A DNA stretch of 64,000 nucleotides from the human T2T-CHM13v2.0 reference genome, Homo sapiens. This document shows positions 31,200 to 42,730 of this stretch, in pieces. The translations under genes were made by a program, and so were the position numbers. The stretch lies in the NCBI RefSeq assembly GCF_009914755.1, contig NC_060928.1; one strand, given 5' to 3'. The notes beneath the pieces are model-generated. The model had not been told where the DNA came from. It was given only the letters and a program-made list of their open reading frames with translations, and did not search any database. Each line of letters begins with the position of its first letter. Within the stretch, counting starts at the first letter, position 1.

Positions 31200-31545
31200 T
31201 TTTTCAGGTATCCCTCCCTCATCTACCTTCCACCTATTTGCCCAGGTTCAATCCTCACTTTAGCTTCAAGATCCAATCTCGTCTTTTCCTTCCCTATCTA
31301 AGCACGTCCATATAACATTCTCTCTTCTCTGAATCCCTGTAGTATTTGTGTCTATATCTCTTATTTTGGCACTAAATTAGGTAGAATAACTTTGCACTGT
31401 TTTTTAAGTCCTGCATTCACTCTGTGTCATTTCTTCACTTGACCATAAGCAATTTAAAAGTTTGAATTCATCCTTTTCATTAACAGGTATATATCTATGT
31501 AGAGATACTCAATAAGAACTTGTTGATTTAATCAGTGGGTATGAG
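31200..31545 (+). mobile_element. L2 3' remnant
   Basis: cttcaagatccaatctc...cacttgaccataagcaatt...agatactcaataagaacttgttgatt. Confidence 0.6.
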
Positions 31546-33129
31546 TTAATTAATTTTAGAAGTATCATAACTGGTACATGGGGAGAAAAGAGAAAGCTAT
31601 ACTGGGGGGAAAAAATCTGGAGGAAGACCCCCAGGGACTAATAAAGCTTTGGGTGATTAGATGGCCACATTTACAAAACAAAATCAAAAGAGAAGAATAC
31701 ATATACCAATGAAAACTAGGTTTTAAAAAATGTATCCACCAGTAAGCGTCCACGAACTGGATTTTTAACCAGAAGAAAGTCCAAGGAAAAAAGTGGGCAG
31801 AGAGAAGAGAACAGGAGTGTTAAGTACTATTAACCAAAGTCAAACCAAAACTCAATGCCCACGTCCTTTCGATCAAAAGTAAGATAATCAACTAGTAGAG
31901 ATGAATCAGGCAAATAATGGAAGTGCTCTGAGAATACTTTTAGAGCGGTGAAGGTTCAATAATAATTGTGGGGCCTCTAATTACTAAAAGACTTGGGGCT
32001 AAAGCAGAAGATCCTGTCACTGAAAACTTGTATATGGTGCAGAAATTCAATTATGGGGACCACAGCAGCAAGGCCAGAATGTCAAGTAATACATTCAATA
32101 TCCTCCCAAACTAGAGCCAAAATTTATTTAGAAGGTTTAGGTTGAAGCTTAGACTGCAGTTGGGGAACAAGTAGAGCTAGTTTCTATGACAGGACTGGAG
32201 AAATATTAAAACCATTAGAGAGAGCTCTCACCGGCCAATTTTAAATGGACAAATTTATCTTGTTTCTACATTCTGTAGCAAATGTTTTGGTGTTTTCCTT
32301 TGCCGCACTCTCTAATATCTGAATCTAAAGTAGAATAGCGCAGTATCTAAAAACAGTTGGAATTAATTCATTCTGAGAAAAGCATCTTGAGAGATTTTCC
32401 TATAGTATATTCTTAGATTTGGAGATTTTTCCAAATTCCTGTTTTTGCTAAAATAGAATATTTTGTTGTCACTCTAATTCTGAAAGTAATTCATAGTCTT
32501 CTAATGCATTTCTTTTTGTGAAGGTACCTAGATTTGGACAAATTTGAAACAATATCACCAATTCATGTGTAATCCTAACACACAATGTCAAATAAGTCCA
32601 TTATTACCAGTGTTTAGATTTATATGTTTGTGTGACTAGACAATATTATTAATTTTTGTCAAATGCCATTTCTAATTTTGTATTAGAGGATAGTAGTAAA
32701 CATTAACTTTGTACGCCAGTTATTCTGAACAGTATTTTTTTCATATAAATGTGTTTTATATCTGTGTCTTTGTGCTTAAAAATGCTTTACACACAGTGAG
32801 ACTTTGATAAATGATTTTTTGAATTAATGTGTTTCTTCACAGTTATTATTAAATACTTCACCTTTCCATTGAATCCAGTCATAATTTATGTTTCTGAGAA
32901 TTTAAATAATGCAGGGACTTTTAATTTAAAAAGTGTGACTCATCCACTGAAGAGTTATGAATATACTCTCAAAGCAAAATGTTAGTCATATTTAAAAAGA
33001 AAATTATATGTGAGGTGCTGAAAATAATCTAAAAACTGATTATCAAAAATTAGACTGCCAGTTAGAAACTTTGATGGCAAAGTCCATATGCACAATATAT
33101 ATGCTTGTTCACCTGAAAGGAAGTGCCAA

Positions 33130-33480
33130 TGATGTGGGTCTTCCACATTCAGAGGTGTGCCTCCTGTACACACACTCACTCTCCTGCCTTCAGTTCCTTA
33201 GTTTAAGAACAGGGAACTGTGAGTAGCAGCACTCTGGCTGATATTAATTGCCATGACCAGGGAAAGAGGCAATTTATCGGATAACTGGGTCCCAAGCCAT
33301 ACAGGGCCTTAGAGATTAAAATGATCACCTTGAATTGCACTCAGAAGCTAAAAGGCAATCAGCGCAGACAGCAGAGCACAGGTGTAACCTGCTTCCTGTA
33401 GCCAATCTAGTTAAGCAAGCGGACCACAGCATTTTCAGGGTCTGAAGCTTCGGATGCTTCCGAGTGGTCTCTGAAGTGTT
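33130..33480 (-). mobile_element. Ancient L2-clade LINE ORF2 C-terminal fragment (AmnL2-like)
   Basis: Manual minus-strand translation: ENAVVRLLN*IGYRKQVTPVLCCLR*LPFSF*VQFKVIILISKALYGLGPSYPINCL...QLISARVLLLTVPCS. This follows the L2-clade motif QNAAARLL..HITPVL..LHWLP..RIQFKVL...KAL.GLGP.YL..LRS..LL.VP. Confidence 0.8.
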
Positions 33481-35334
33481 GTTCCACACAAAGCTTGGAG
33501 CTTGAATTGAATACAAATTTTTCATGTGTTTCAGGATTTCTCCTGGAAGAAATGATTTTTAAAGAGAAAACTAATGAAATAGACTCCATAGAATTTGTTA
33601 AAATCAAAGGGCACTAGTAAAATAAAATGTGCTCTTGAAATGATGAGCAAGGAGTTTTTAAAAATTAGGCCCAACACATCTGTAAGTTCTTTTAATATTC
33701 ACGCTCCCTTCTCAAACTGGAAAATCACTGGAGACATTCATGTGCTGACTATTTCCACCCAGAGTTCATCCTCACTTTTTAACGTAGGAAATACTATTTA
33801 CTATCACAATTGAAGTCAGAGCTAAACAAACTCATTTAATAATGAAAGCATGTGGAAAGGCTTCCACAAGGGCATGGGGTCCTTCTAATATCCAGGGGTC
33901 AGTGTAAGAATCACATTGGATAAACACCAGAGAATGGCTCATGGTTTAAGTATCAGGTTCGACATTTTGAGACTCCTTTGGACATTTGGTTTAAATTCCC
34001 TTGTGGTTAGGACAGACTTTCAGTGGTAGATAAACTCAATTTTTGCAATGAACTGTGTTTTTCCCTTTATGATTTGCTGTTCTGTGCCTCCCGGCTCTAC
34101 TTCAGTAGTACAAGAAAGTCCCATATGTACCTGTATCTTTTAGTAACAGCAATAGGAAGAAATGCCAATGTTCTTACCCATCTACCTTCAAGTTGAAACC
34201 CACAGACAAGACAAAGTGTTCCACAGAACCGGTTTCTATGCATAGAAAATGAAAGTAGAAAGTTTCATTTTTTATATTCAAAACTATCAACGCAAATGAT
34301 TTTATTGAAATATGATTTATTTTTCTAGTGCTCCTTAATATTTAATGACATCTAGATATCAAAGAGGAGTTCCTGATTATTTCTTTAAAACTTTAAACTG
34401 CAAATTAACATATAATTAATGAAAGTAGGAGCAACCAATAGTGAAGTACCTACTGTTAGAAGGACTTCTTTCATTTAGTCCTTAGATGATGCAAAGGGTC
34501 AAAATTTGCAAAATACAGAAGAAAGATGTAAAACAAACCAGCTACCATAGAATGCTGGTGGCCTGAACATATAAATCTTTGCCAAAAAATGCTTTAGTTA
34601 TGAACGCTTCTGAAAGAAACTGTCATTATGAAATATCAGAGGTAGAGTCAAGATGCTTGCCAAATTATCATCCTATGTGGTAATTTCCAAGTTACTCAGA
34701 AATGACTAAAGATGATTAATATTTGAATCATTATTATCAATAACATATATTTAAATTGTTCTTGTATTTAAATTTTGCAACTTGATTAACTTAACCTAAC
34801 AATTGGAATTCTTCAAGTACAGTTTACATTAAAATGTAATCTAATACTTATTCACTCTCTTTCACTGCTCTATTAGATTGGTCTTTGATTTCTTACCAGC
34901 TTTAGAGCTAAGTGTACTCTTTCCTTAACTTATATTTATCTAGGAGATTTATCTATTTGTCTAGAAGACTTCAGCTTTTTTATAATGCTGTCATGACAAA
35001 AGCTTAAACTTAGGGGAAAGAAAACAATTTTCTGTGGGTCTTTTCTCATTGACTAATAAGAGCCAGCAGAGAGAAATGAAAATATTAAGGTTCGGGCTTT
35101 CTTCAATAATCTTAAATAAGAAAAAAATATGTACAATGAAAAATGACATTTTCAGTGGTATACAAAGTTCTATAGAATTTCTAACTACTTAGTCACTTGA
35201 TTTTAAATTTTATTAATGTAATACCATATGGATTAATACGCTAAAGCTGGTAAGAGTTTAAATGTTTTAATAAATTGAAGCTCATTGTGAATGCCTGTGT
35301 TGAGATTATGTGGAAAAATAGTCAACAGTACTAA

Positions 35335-38300
35335 CCAGAGAAATAAAAATAAAAACCACGATGAGATGGCACCTCACCCCAGATAGAATGGCTATTAGCA
35401 AAAAGACCAAAAAAAAAAAAAAAATGTTGGCAAGGATGTGGAAAAAAAAGGGAACTCTTGTACATTGTTGGTGGGAATGTAAATTAGTAAAGGCATTATT
35501 ATGGAAACAGCATCAAAGTTCCTTAAAAAATTAAAAATAGGGTTATATATCTGTTTTGGTACCAGCACCATGATGTTTTGGTTACTGTAGACTTCTAGTA
35601 TAGTTTGAAATCAGGTAGCATGATGCCTCCAGCTGTTCTTTTTGCTTAGGATTGTCTTGGCTATACAGGATCTTTTTGGATCCATATAAATTTAAAGTAG
35701 TTTTTTCTAATTCTGTGAAGAAAGTCAATGGTAGCTTGCTGGGGATAGCATTGAATCTATAAATTACTTTGGGCAGTGTGGCCATTTTCACGATATTTAT
35801 TCTTCCTATCCATGAGCATGGAATGTTTTTCCATTTGTTTGTGTCCTTTCTTATTTCCTTGAGCAGTGGTTTGTAGTTTTCCTTGAAGAGGCCCTTCACA
35901 TCCCTTGTAAGTTGTATTCCTAGGCATTTTATTCTTTTTGTAGCAATTGTGAATGGGGGTCACTCATGATTTGGCTGTTTGTCTATTATTGGTGTGTAGG
36001 AATGCTTGTGGTTTTTGCACATTGATTTTGTATCCTGAGACTTTGCTGAAGTTGCTTATCAGCTTAAAGAGATTTTGGGCTAAGACGATGGGGATTTTAA
36101 ATATACAATCATTTCATCTGCAAACAGAGACAATTTGATTTCCTCTCTTTCTAATTTGAATACCCTTTATTTCTTTCTCTTGCCTGACTGCCCTGGCCAG
36201 AACTTCCAGTACTATGTTGGATAGGAGTGGTGAGAGAGGGCATCTTTGTCTTGTGCCAGTTTTCAAAGGGAACGCTTCCAGCTTTTGCCTATTCAGTGTG
36301 ATAACTGTGGGTTTGTCATAAATAGCTCTTATTATTTTGAGATACGTTCCATCAATACCTAGTTTACTGAGAGTTTTTAGCAAGAAGGGGTGTTGAATTT
36401 TATCAAAGGCCTTTTCTGCATCTGTTGAGATAATCAGGTGGTTTTTGTCATTGGTTCTGTTTATGTGATGGATTACATTTATTGATTTGCATATGTTGAA
36501 CCATCCTTGCATCCCAGAGATGAAGCCAACTTGATTGTAGTGGATAAGCTTTTTGATGTGCTGCTGGATTCAGTTTGCCAGTATTTTATTGAGGATTTTT
36601 ACATTGATGTTTATGAGGGATACTGGCCTAAAATTTTCTTTTTTTGTTGTGTTTTCCAGGTTTTGGTATCAGGATGATGCTGGCTTCATAAAATGAGTTT
36701 TGGAGAAGTCCCTCTTTTTCTATTGCTTGGAATAATTTCAGAAGGAATGGTACCAACTCCTCTTTGTATCTCTGGTAGAATTCAGCTGTGAATCCATCTG
36801 ATCCTGGGCTTTTTTTTTTTTTTTTTTTGCTTAATAAGCTATTAATTACTGCCTCAATTTCAGAACTTGTTATTGTTCAACTTCTTCCTGGTTTAGTCTT
36901 GGTGTCAATTTTAGATCTTTTCTGCTTTCTCCTGTGGGCATTTAGTGCTATAAATTTCCCTCTAAACACTGTTTTGGCTGTGTCCCAGAGATTCTGGTAC
37001 ATTGTGTTTTTCTTCTCATTGGTTTCAATGAACTCATTTATTTCTGTCTTAATTTCGTTATTTACCCAATAGTCATTCAGGAGCAAGTTGTTCAATTTCC
37101 ATGTAGTTGTGTGGTTTTGAGTGAGTTTCTCAATCCTGAGTTCTAATTTGATTGCACTGTGGTCTGAGAGACAGTTTGTTATGATTTCCATTCTTTTGCA
37201 TTTGCTGAGGAGTATTTTAGAATAAGTGCAATGTGGTGCTGAGAAAAATGTATATTCTGTTGATTTGGGGTGAGGAGTTCTGTAGATGTCTATTAGGTGC
37301 ACTTGGTACAGAACTGAGTTCAAGTCCTGAATAGCCTTATTAATTTTCTGTCTCGTTGATCTGTCTAATATTGACCGTGGGGTGATAAAGTCTCTCATTA
37401 TTACTGCGTGGAAAACAGAGGCCTCAGAAATAATTCAACACATCTACAACCATCTGCTCTTTGACAAACCTGACAAAAACAGGCAATGGGGAAAGGATTC
37501 CCTACTTAATAAATGGTGCTGGGAAAACTGGCTAGCCATATGCAGTAAACTGAAACTGGACCCCTTCCTTACATCTTTTACAAAAATTAACTCAAGATGG
37601 ATTAAAGACTTAAATGTTAAGACCTAAAACCATAAAAACCCTAGAAGGAAACCTAGGCAATACCATTCAGGACATAGGCATGGACAAAGACTTCATGACT
37701 AAAACACCAAAAGCAATTGCAACAAAAGCCAATATTGATAAATGGGATATAATTAAACTAAAGAGCTTTTGCACAGCAAAAGAAACTATCATCAGAGTGA
37801 ACAGGCAACCTACAAAATGGGAGAAAATTTTTGCAATCTATCCATCTGTCAAAGGGCTAGTATCCAGAATCTACAAGAAACTTAAACAAATTTACAAGAA
37901 AACAACAAACAACCCCATCAAAAAGTGTGCAAAGGATATGAACAGACACTTATCAAAAGAAGACATTTATGCGGCCAACAAACATGTGAAAAAAGCTGAT
38001 TATCACTGGTAATTAGAGAAATGCAAATCGAAACCACAATGACACACCATCTCATGCCAGTTAGAAGTACAATCATTAAAAAGTCAGGAAACAACAGATG
38101 CTGGCGAGGATGTGGAGAAATAGGAATGCTTTTACACTGTTGGTGGGAGGTGTAAATTAGCTCAACCATTGTGGAAGACAGTGTGGCGATTGATTCCTCA
38201 AGGATCTAGAACCAGAAATACCATTTGACCCAGCAATCCCATTACTGGGTATATACCCAAAAGATTATAAATCGTTCTACTATAAAGACACAGGCACACA

Positions 38301-39530
38301 TATGTTTATTGCAGCACTGTTCACAATAGCAAAAACTTGGATCTAAGCCAAATGCCCATCAATGATAGAGTGGTTAAAGAAAATGTGTCACATATACAAC
38401 ATGGAATACAACACAGCCATTAAAAAAGGATGAGTTCATGTCATTTGCAGGGACACAGATGAAGCTAGAAACCATCATTCCCAGCAAACTAATACAGGAA
38501 CAGAAAACCAAACACCATATGTTCTCACTTATAAGTGGGAGCTGAACAATGAGAACACATGGACACAGGAAGGGGAACATCATATACTGGGGCCTGTCAG
38601 GGGTTGGGGGGCTATGGGAGGGAGAGCATCAGGAGAAACACCTAATGTAGATGATAAGTTGATCGGTGCAGCAAACCACCATGGCATGTGTATACCTATG
38701 TAACAAACCTGCACATTCCACACATGTATCCCAAAACTTAAAGTATAATTTAAAAATTAAAAATTGAAGTACTGTATAATCCAGCAATTTCTTTCTTTGG
38801 CATATATCCAAAGAAAATGAAGTCAGTATGTCGAACAGGTATCTGCACACCCACGTTTATTGCAGAGCTATTCACCATAGTCAAGATATGGAATCAAACT
38901 AAATGCACTTCTACAGATTAATGAATAAAGAAACTGTGGTATCTATAATATACAATGGAATACTTTTCAGCCATAAAACAATGAAATAATATTTTCTGTG
39001 GCAACAAGAATAAATCTGGAAGACTTTATATGAAGTAAATTAAGCCAAATACAGAAAGACAAAGAATATATGATCTCGCTCATATATAGACTCTAAAAAA
39101 AGTTGACTTTATAAAAGTAGAGAGTAGAATAGTGGTTACCACATGCTGAGGAGGGGAGGTTAGAGGCAGGAATTAGGAGAGGTTGGTCAATGGATATAAA
39201 GTTACAGTTAGATAGGAAGAAAAGTTTTGGAGTTCTATTAAATATATATAGTGAATACTACACATAATATAGCAAATATCAATGTACTATATATTTCAAG
39301 ATAGCTAGAAGATATTTATTGTTGCCACTATAAATAAATGATAAATATGTAAAGTGATAGGTATGTTACTTATCCTCATTTGATCAATATGATTTATATT
39401 ATTGATAATGTAAATCAGTTTTCAGCAGGCATGTGGATATTTAAATATATACAAACATTTAAACATCACATTGTACACCATAAATATGTACAATCACTAT
39501 TTGTCAACTATAAATTATAAATTTAATTTA
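35335..39530 (+). mobile_element. L1MA-type 3' fragment (35335-35540 and 38767-39530) split by a younger L1
   Basis: aaaaccacgatgagatggcacctcacccc...gttccttaaaaaattaaaaatag continues after the insert as aagtactgtataatccagcaat. L1MA-type 3' UTR (gttacagttagataggaag...gatagctagaaga). Confidence 0.85.
35541..38751 (+). mobile_element. L1PA7/8-like insertion with 5' inversion (35541-37410 inverted, 37411-38751 sense)
   Basis: Minus-strand ORF2 peptides at 35582-37398 switch to plus-strand peptides from ~37412 ([14 protein letters not shown]). TSD aaaaattaaaaat(a/t)g at 35526-35540 and 38752-38766. Confidence 0.93.
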
Positions 39531-39903
39531 AAATTTAATTTTTTAATTAAAAATGTGATGAAGGTAACTGGTCTTACCTTCTTCATTTCTTCTTTTAGAA
39601 GAAATAAAGATAATAAACTGTATGTAATGGTCGTGTATGGGCAGAGGAAGATAAGCCAATTAAAACTCATTAGAGGAAAAAGATTTTTCAATGTAGCATC
39701 AGAGTGGCATCAGCCACCCAAATTTGTTTAACCAGAACATAATAGAAATAAAGAACAGGCCTTATATATTTTCTTAGAACTTCCTAGCCACATTTTTTGC
39801 ATTATTTCTCTTCAGAGATTCAGAGAGATCACACTTAACCACGCTTTCCTCATCTTACTATGTCTAGAATAGAATAGTCAGGTGCCACAAGGAAATTCTA
39901 GAG

Positions 39904-40180
39904 CAGTGTTATCCAATAGTACTTTCTGCAATGATACCAATATTCTACACACTCTCCAATATGGTAGCCATGAGTCATGTGTTGCCATTGAGCATGTAAA
40001 TATGGTTAGTGGGGCTGAGAAACTCAGCTTTTATTATATCTAATAATGAATTTAATTATTATAAGATAAGTAAATGTAAAATAAATTATAAAATGTAAGT
40101 AATTTAATTTATATTTATTATTTTATTATAAACCTGAATTGTTTTAGATTTTAATTTGAAAAACCTCATGTGATTCACAG
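39904..40180. mobile_element. MER3-like hAT-Charlie element with expanded AT-rich middle
   Basis: cagtgttatccaatagtactttctgcaatgat...tccaatatggtagccatgagtcatgtg...ggctgagaaact, preceded by the hAT target ttctagag. Confidence 0.8.
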
Positions 40181-40189
40181 TGTTCATAC

Positions 40190-40351
40190 ATAAATAATTT
40201 TTATTAGAATGTAGTCATACTCATTTGTTTACATACTATCTATAGCTGTGTTTGTGCTAAACAGCAGAGTCAAATAATTTCTATAGAGACCTTATGATCA
40301 CAAAACCAATAATATTGCCTGACCCTTTACAGAAAAAGTTTGCCAATGTTG
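40190..40351. mobile_element. MER58A-like hAT-Charlie fragment
   Basis: ctcatttgtttacatactatctatagctg...gaccctttacagaaaaagtttgcca. Confidence 0.8.
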
Positions 40352-41389
40352 CTTTAGAGTATTCTTTTGGTTTTAGTCTGGGAAGGGGTTCCTTGCTACC
40401 TGATTGGGATTTATGAGCTTTGTGAAATGGAGAAAACCTCTAGCACAACCCTACCTGACTTAATAGTTTGATTGTAGTCACTGATGTTTCTGGAGGTCCC
40501 TTAGTCCTAGAGAAGTATGTTGAAGACCTATTCTTTCCCTAATAAACTATGATGCACACCAACCCTGAGGTCCTCCAGGAGGAAATAGAAAGGTTTGGGT
40601 AATTACCGGGCATTGACTCACCAGGAAAATGAAAAACATCTCTCTTCTTTCTCTGCATCTCTATTGAGCACAAAATTCTATAACTATTTGTTGAGTGAAT
40701 CATATAGATGAGTAAATTAATTTATTTACCCTCAAAAATGCAAATAGGTCAATACTCGTGCTTTCCTCTACTGCTAAAATATTTAATGCTTGTATACAAA
40801 GAGGACAGGAATCATGAAAAATATATATAATCATCACATTACCAAATACAGATTCTCATCATTTTCTTCTTTCCAATAATTTGCAATCAGAAAATGTAAA
40901 ACTTTCTTAAGAAAGTTTATATTACTAACATTTATAATCAAGTGGTACACATGAAGAAATTATGTTCTGGTTAAACAAATTTGGGTGGCTGATGCCAGTC
41001 TCATGCCACATTGAAAAATCTTTTTTCTCTACTGAGTTTTAATTGGCTTATATTTCTCTGCCTGTACACAACCATTACATACAGTTTATAATCTTTATTT
41101 CTTCTAAGAGAAGTTTGTAAATATTATACTTGAAATATAATTTTAAATCATATCCAGAAGTTATGAAGAATGTGATACCTTTTTAAAAGCAAGAGACCTT
41201 GATATCCTTCTTAAAAAGCAATTTGCTTTGTAGAAATGCATACCCAATTCCCAAAACTAGGATTTATTGGTTAAAAAAATGCAAACCAAATGTGTTCCTT
41301 GACAAAAAGCTCTGAGTCAATTAAGCTTTTGGTTATTATTATCTGACAAGAAAGTGTTGGACTTTAACTCTTAGCTCTCCTCACAATAT

Positions 41390-41760
41390 ACACTGTTCCA
41401 CATGTTTGAGACTAGACTCATTCTGTCCCATGGATTAGGAACATCCCTTCACCTTTCGTTATCTGGCAAACTCTTACACATCTTCTATGATTAAATTAGA
41501 CATCACTTTCTTTAAGAAATCTCAGGCTGAGCTGAATGCACAGCCTAGGCACTCCCACAGTATCCCATACATCCCATTCATCTATCAATCATGGACTTAT
41601 TTATCATATGGAAATTGTCTCTTGATGTATCTGACTCCCCAGTTAGATTTCAAGCTCTTTAAAAGTTCCTTGAAGGCAAGATTCAGTTCTAGAAATTACT
41701 TATTCAATATTAAACATTGAAAATTGAAATGAAATGAAAATTGAATTGAATTAAAAATTG
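41390..41760 (+). mobile_element. L2 3' remnant
   Basis: ctggcaaactcttacacatcttc...gacatcactttctttaagaaatc...ttagatttcaagctcttt. Confidence 0.6.
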
Positions 41761-42154
41761 AAATCTGTTCAACTCAGTTAAGTCAGAGACAGAAATCAGT
41801 TCAAAATCACTGAATGATTATATAAATCAGTTTTCAGTAGGCAGCCCTCCAAATCTACCTCCACAATAATTGGAATTCATGTGAATTATAAAAGAGGCAG
41901 AGGTGACATATTTCTGAATTTGGGAAATTTTTAATGAATTTCTAAAAAGAGGCCTGAGTGGTGATCCAATGTTTAGAAGTGTCTGTTCCCTACTACACCC
42001 TAATACTTAAAACTGATTTTACATAAACAGCTTTGTAGCCCTGAGGTTTTTAGTTTAATAAATTATTTTTTTAAACTTACTTGACAAATTGTAGGTCTGT
42101 TTCAGTTTTATTCCTGTTTTAACTTTATTTCCATGCAGGATTTTTAAGCCTTTA

Positions 42155-42512
42155 CTATTTTTTTCTTTCAAACTTTTAGGTTCAAGGGTACATGCGCAGG
42201 TTTGTTACATAGGTAAATTTTATGTCACAAGAGTTTGGTGTACAGATAATTTTGTCACCAAGGTAATCAGCATTGTACCCAATAGGTAGTTTTTCAGTCC
42301 TTGCCCTTCATCCACCCTCCACCCTCAAATAGGCCACAGTGACTATTGTTCCCTTCCTTATGTCCATGTGTTCTCCATGTTTAGCTCCCACTTATAAGTG
42401 AGACTATGCAGTATTTGCTTTTCTGTTTCTGCATGAATTCACTTAGCTCATGGCCTCCAGCTCCATCCATGTTGCTGCAACGGCCAGGATCTCATTTTTT
42501 TATAGCTCCATG
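42155..42512 (-). mobile_element. Old L1PA (13-16-like) 3' end fragment
   Basis: ggttcaagggtacatgcgcaggtttgttacataggtaaatt...tttagctcccacttataagtgaga. Confidence 0.88.
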
Positions 42513-42730
42513 AGACATTTTAAAACCTATTTCCTCTTTTAAAATTTCATTTCTCTTTGTTTTTATCATCATTTTGATACTTATTTGGCTGGCTTTCCTT
42601 TATCTCTTTTTCAAAATTTGTCTTCTTTCTTCTGAACTCACTTTGTGCTTAGACACATTTTCTTATCTCTTTATCAATTCTCTAAAAACTCACATTATAT
42701 TTAGACTTTCTCAAATTCAGAATCAGTCAT

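Larger units (their letters stand above)
39590..41113. repeat. Inverted repeat pair, arms 39590-39743 and 40959-41112 (~155 bp, ~92% identical)
   Basis: Manual alignment of arm 1 to the reverse complement of arm 2 is ungapped with about 12 mismatches. Confidence 0.95.

Noticed and set aside
39896-40359. MER3 + MER58A as one chimeric transposon flanked by ttctagag/ctttagag
   Set aside because: Both flanks simply match the shared hAT-Charlie target preference and differ at two positions. Independent insertions with a later deletion are as likely.
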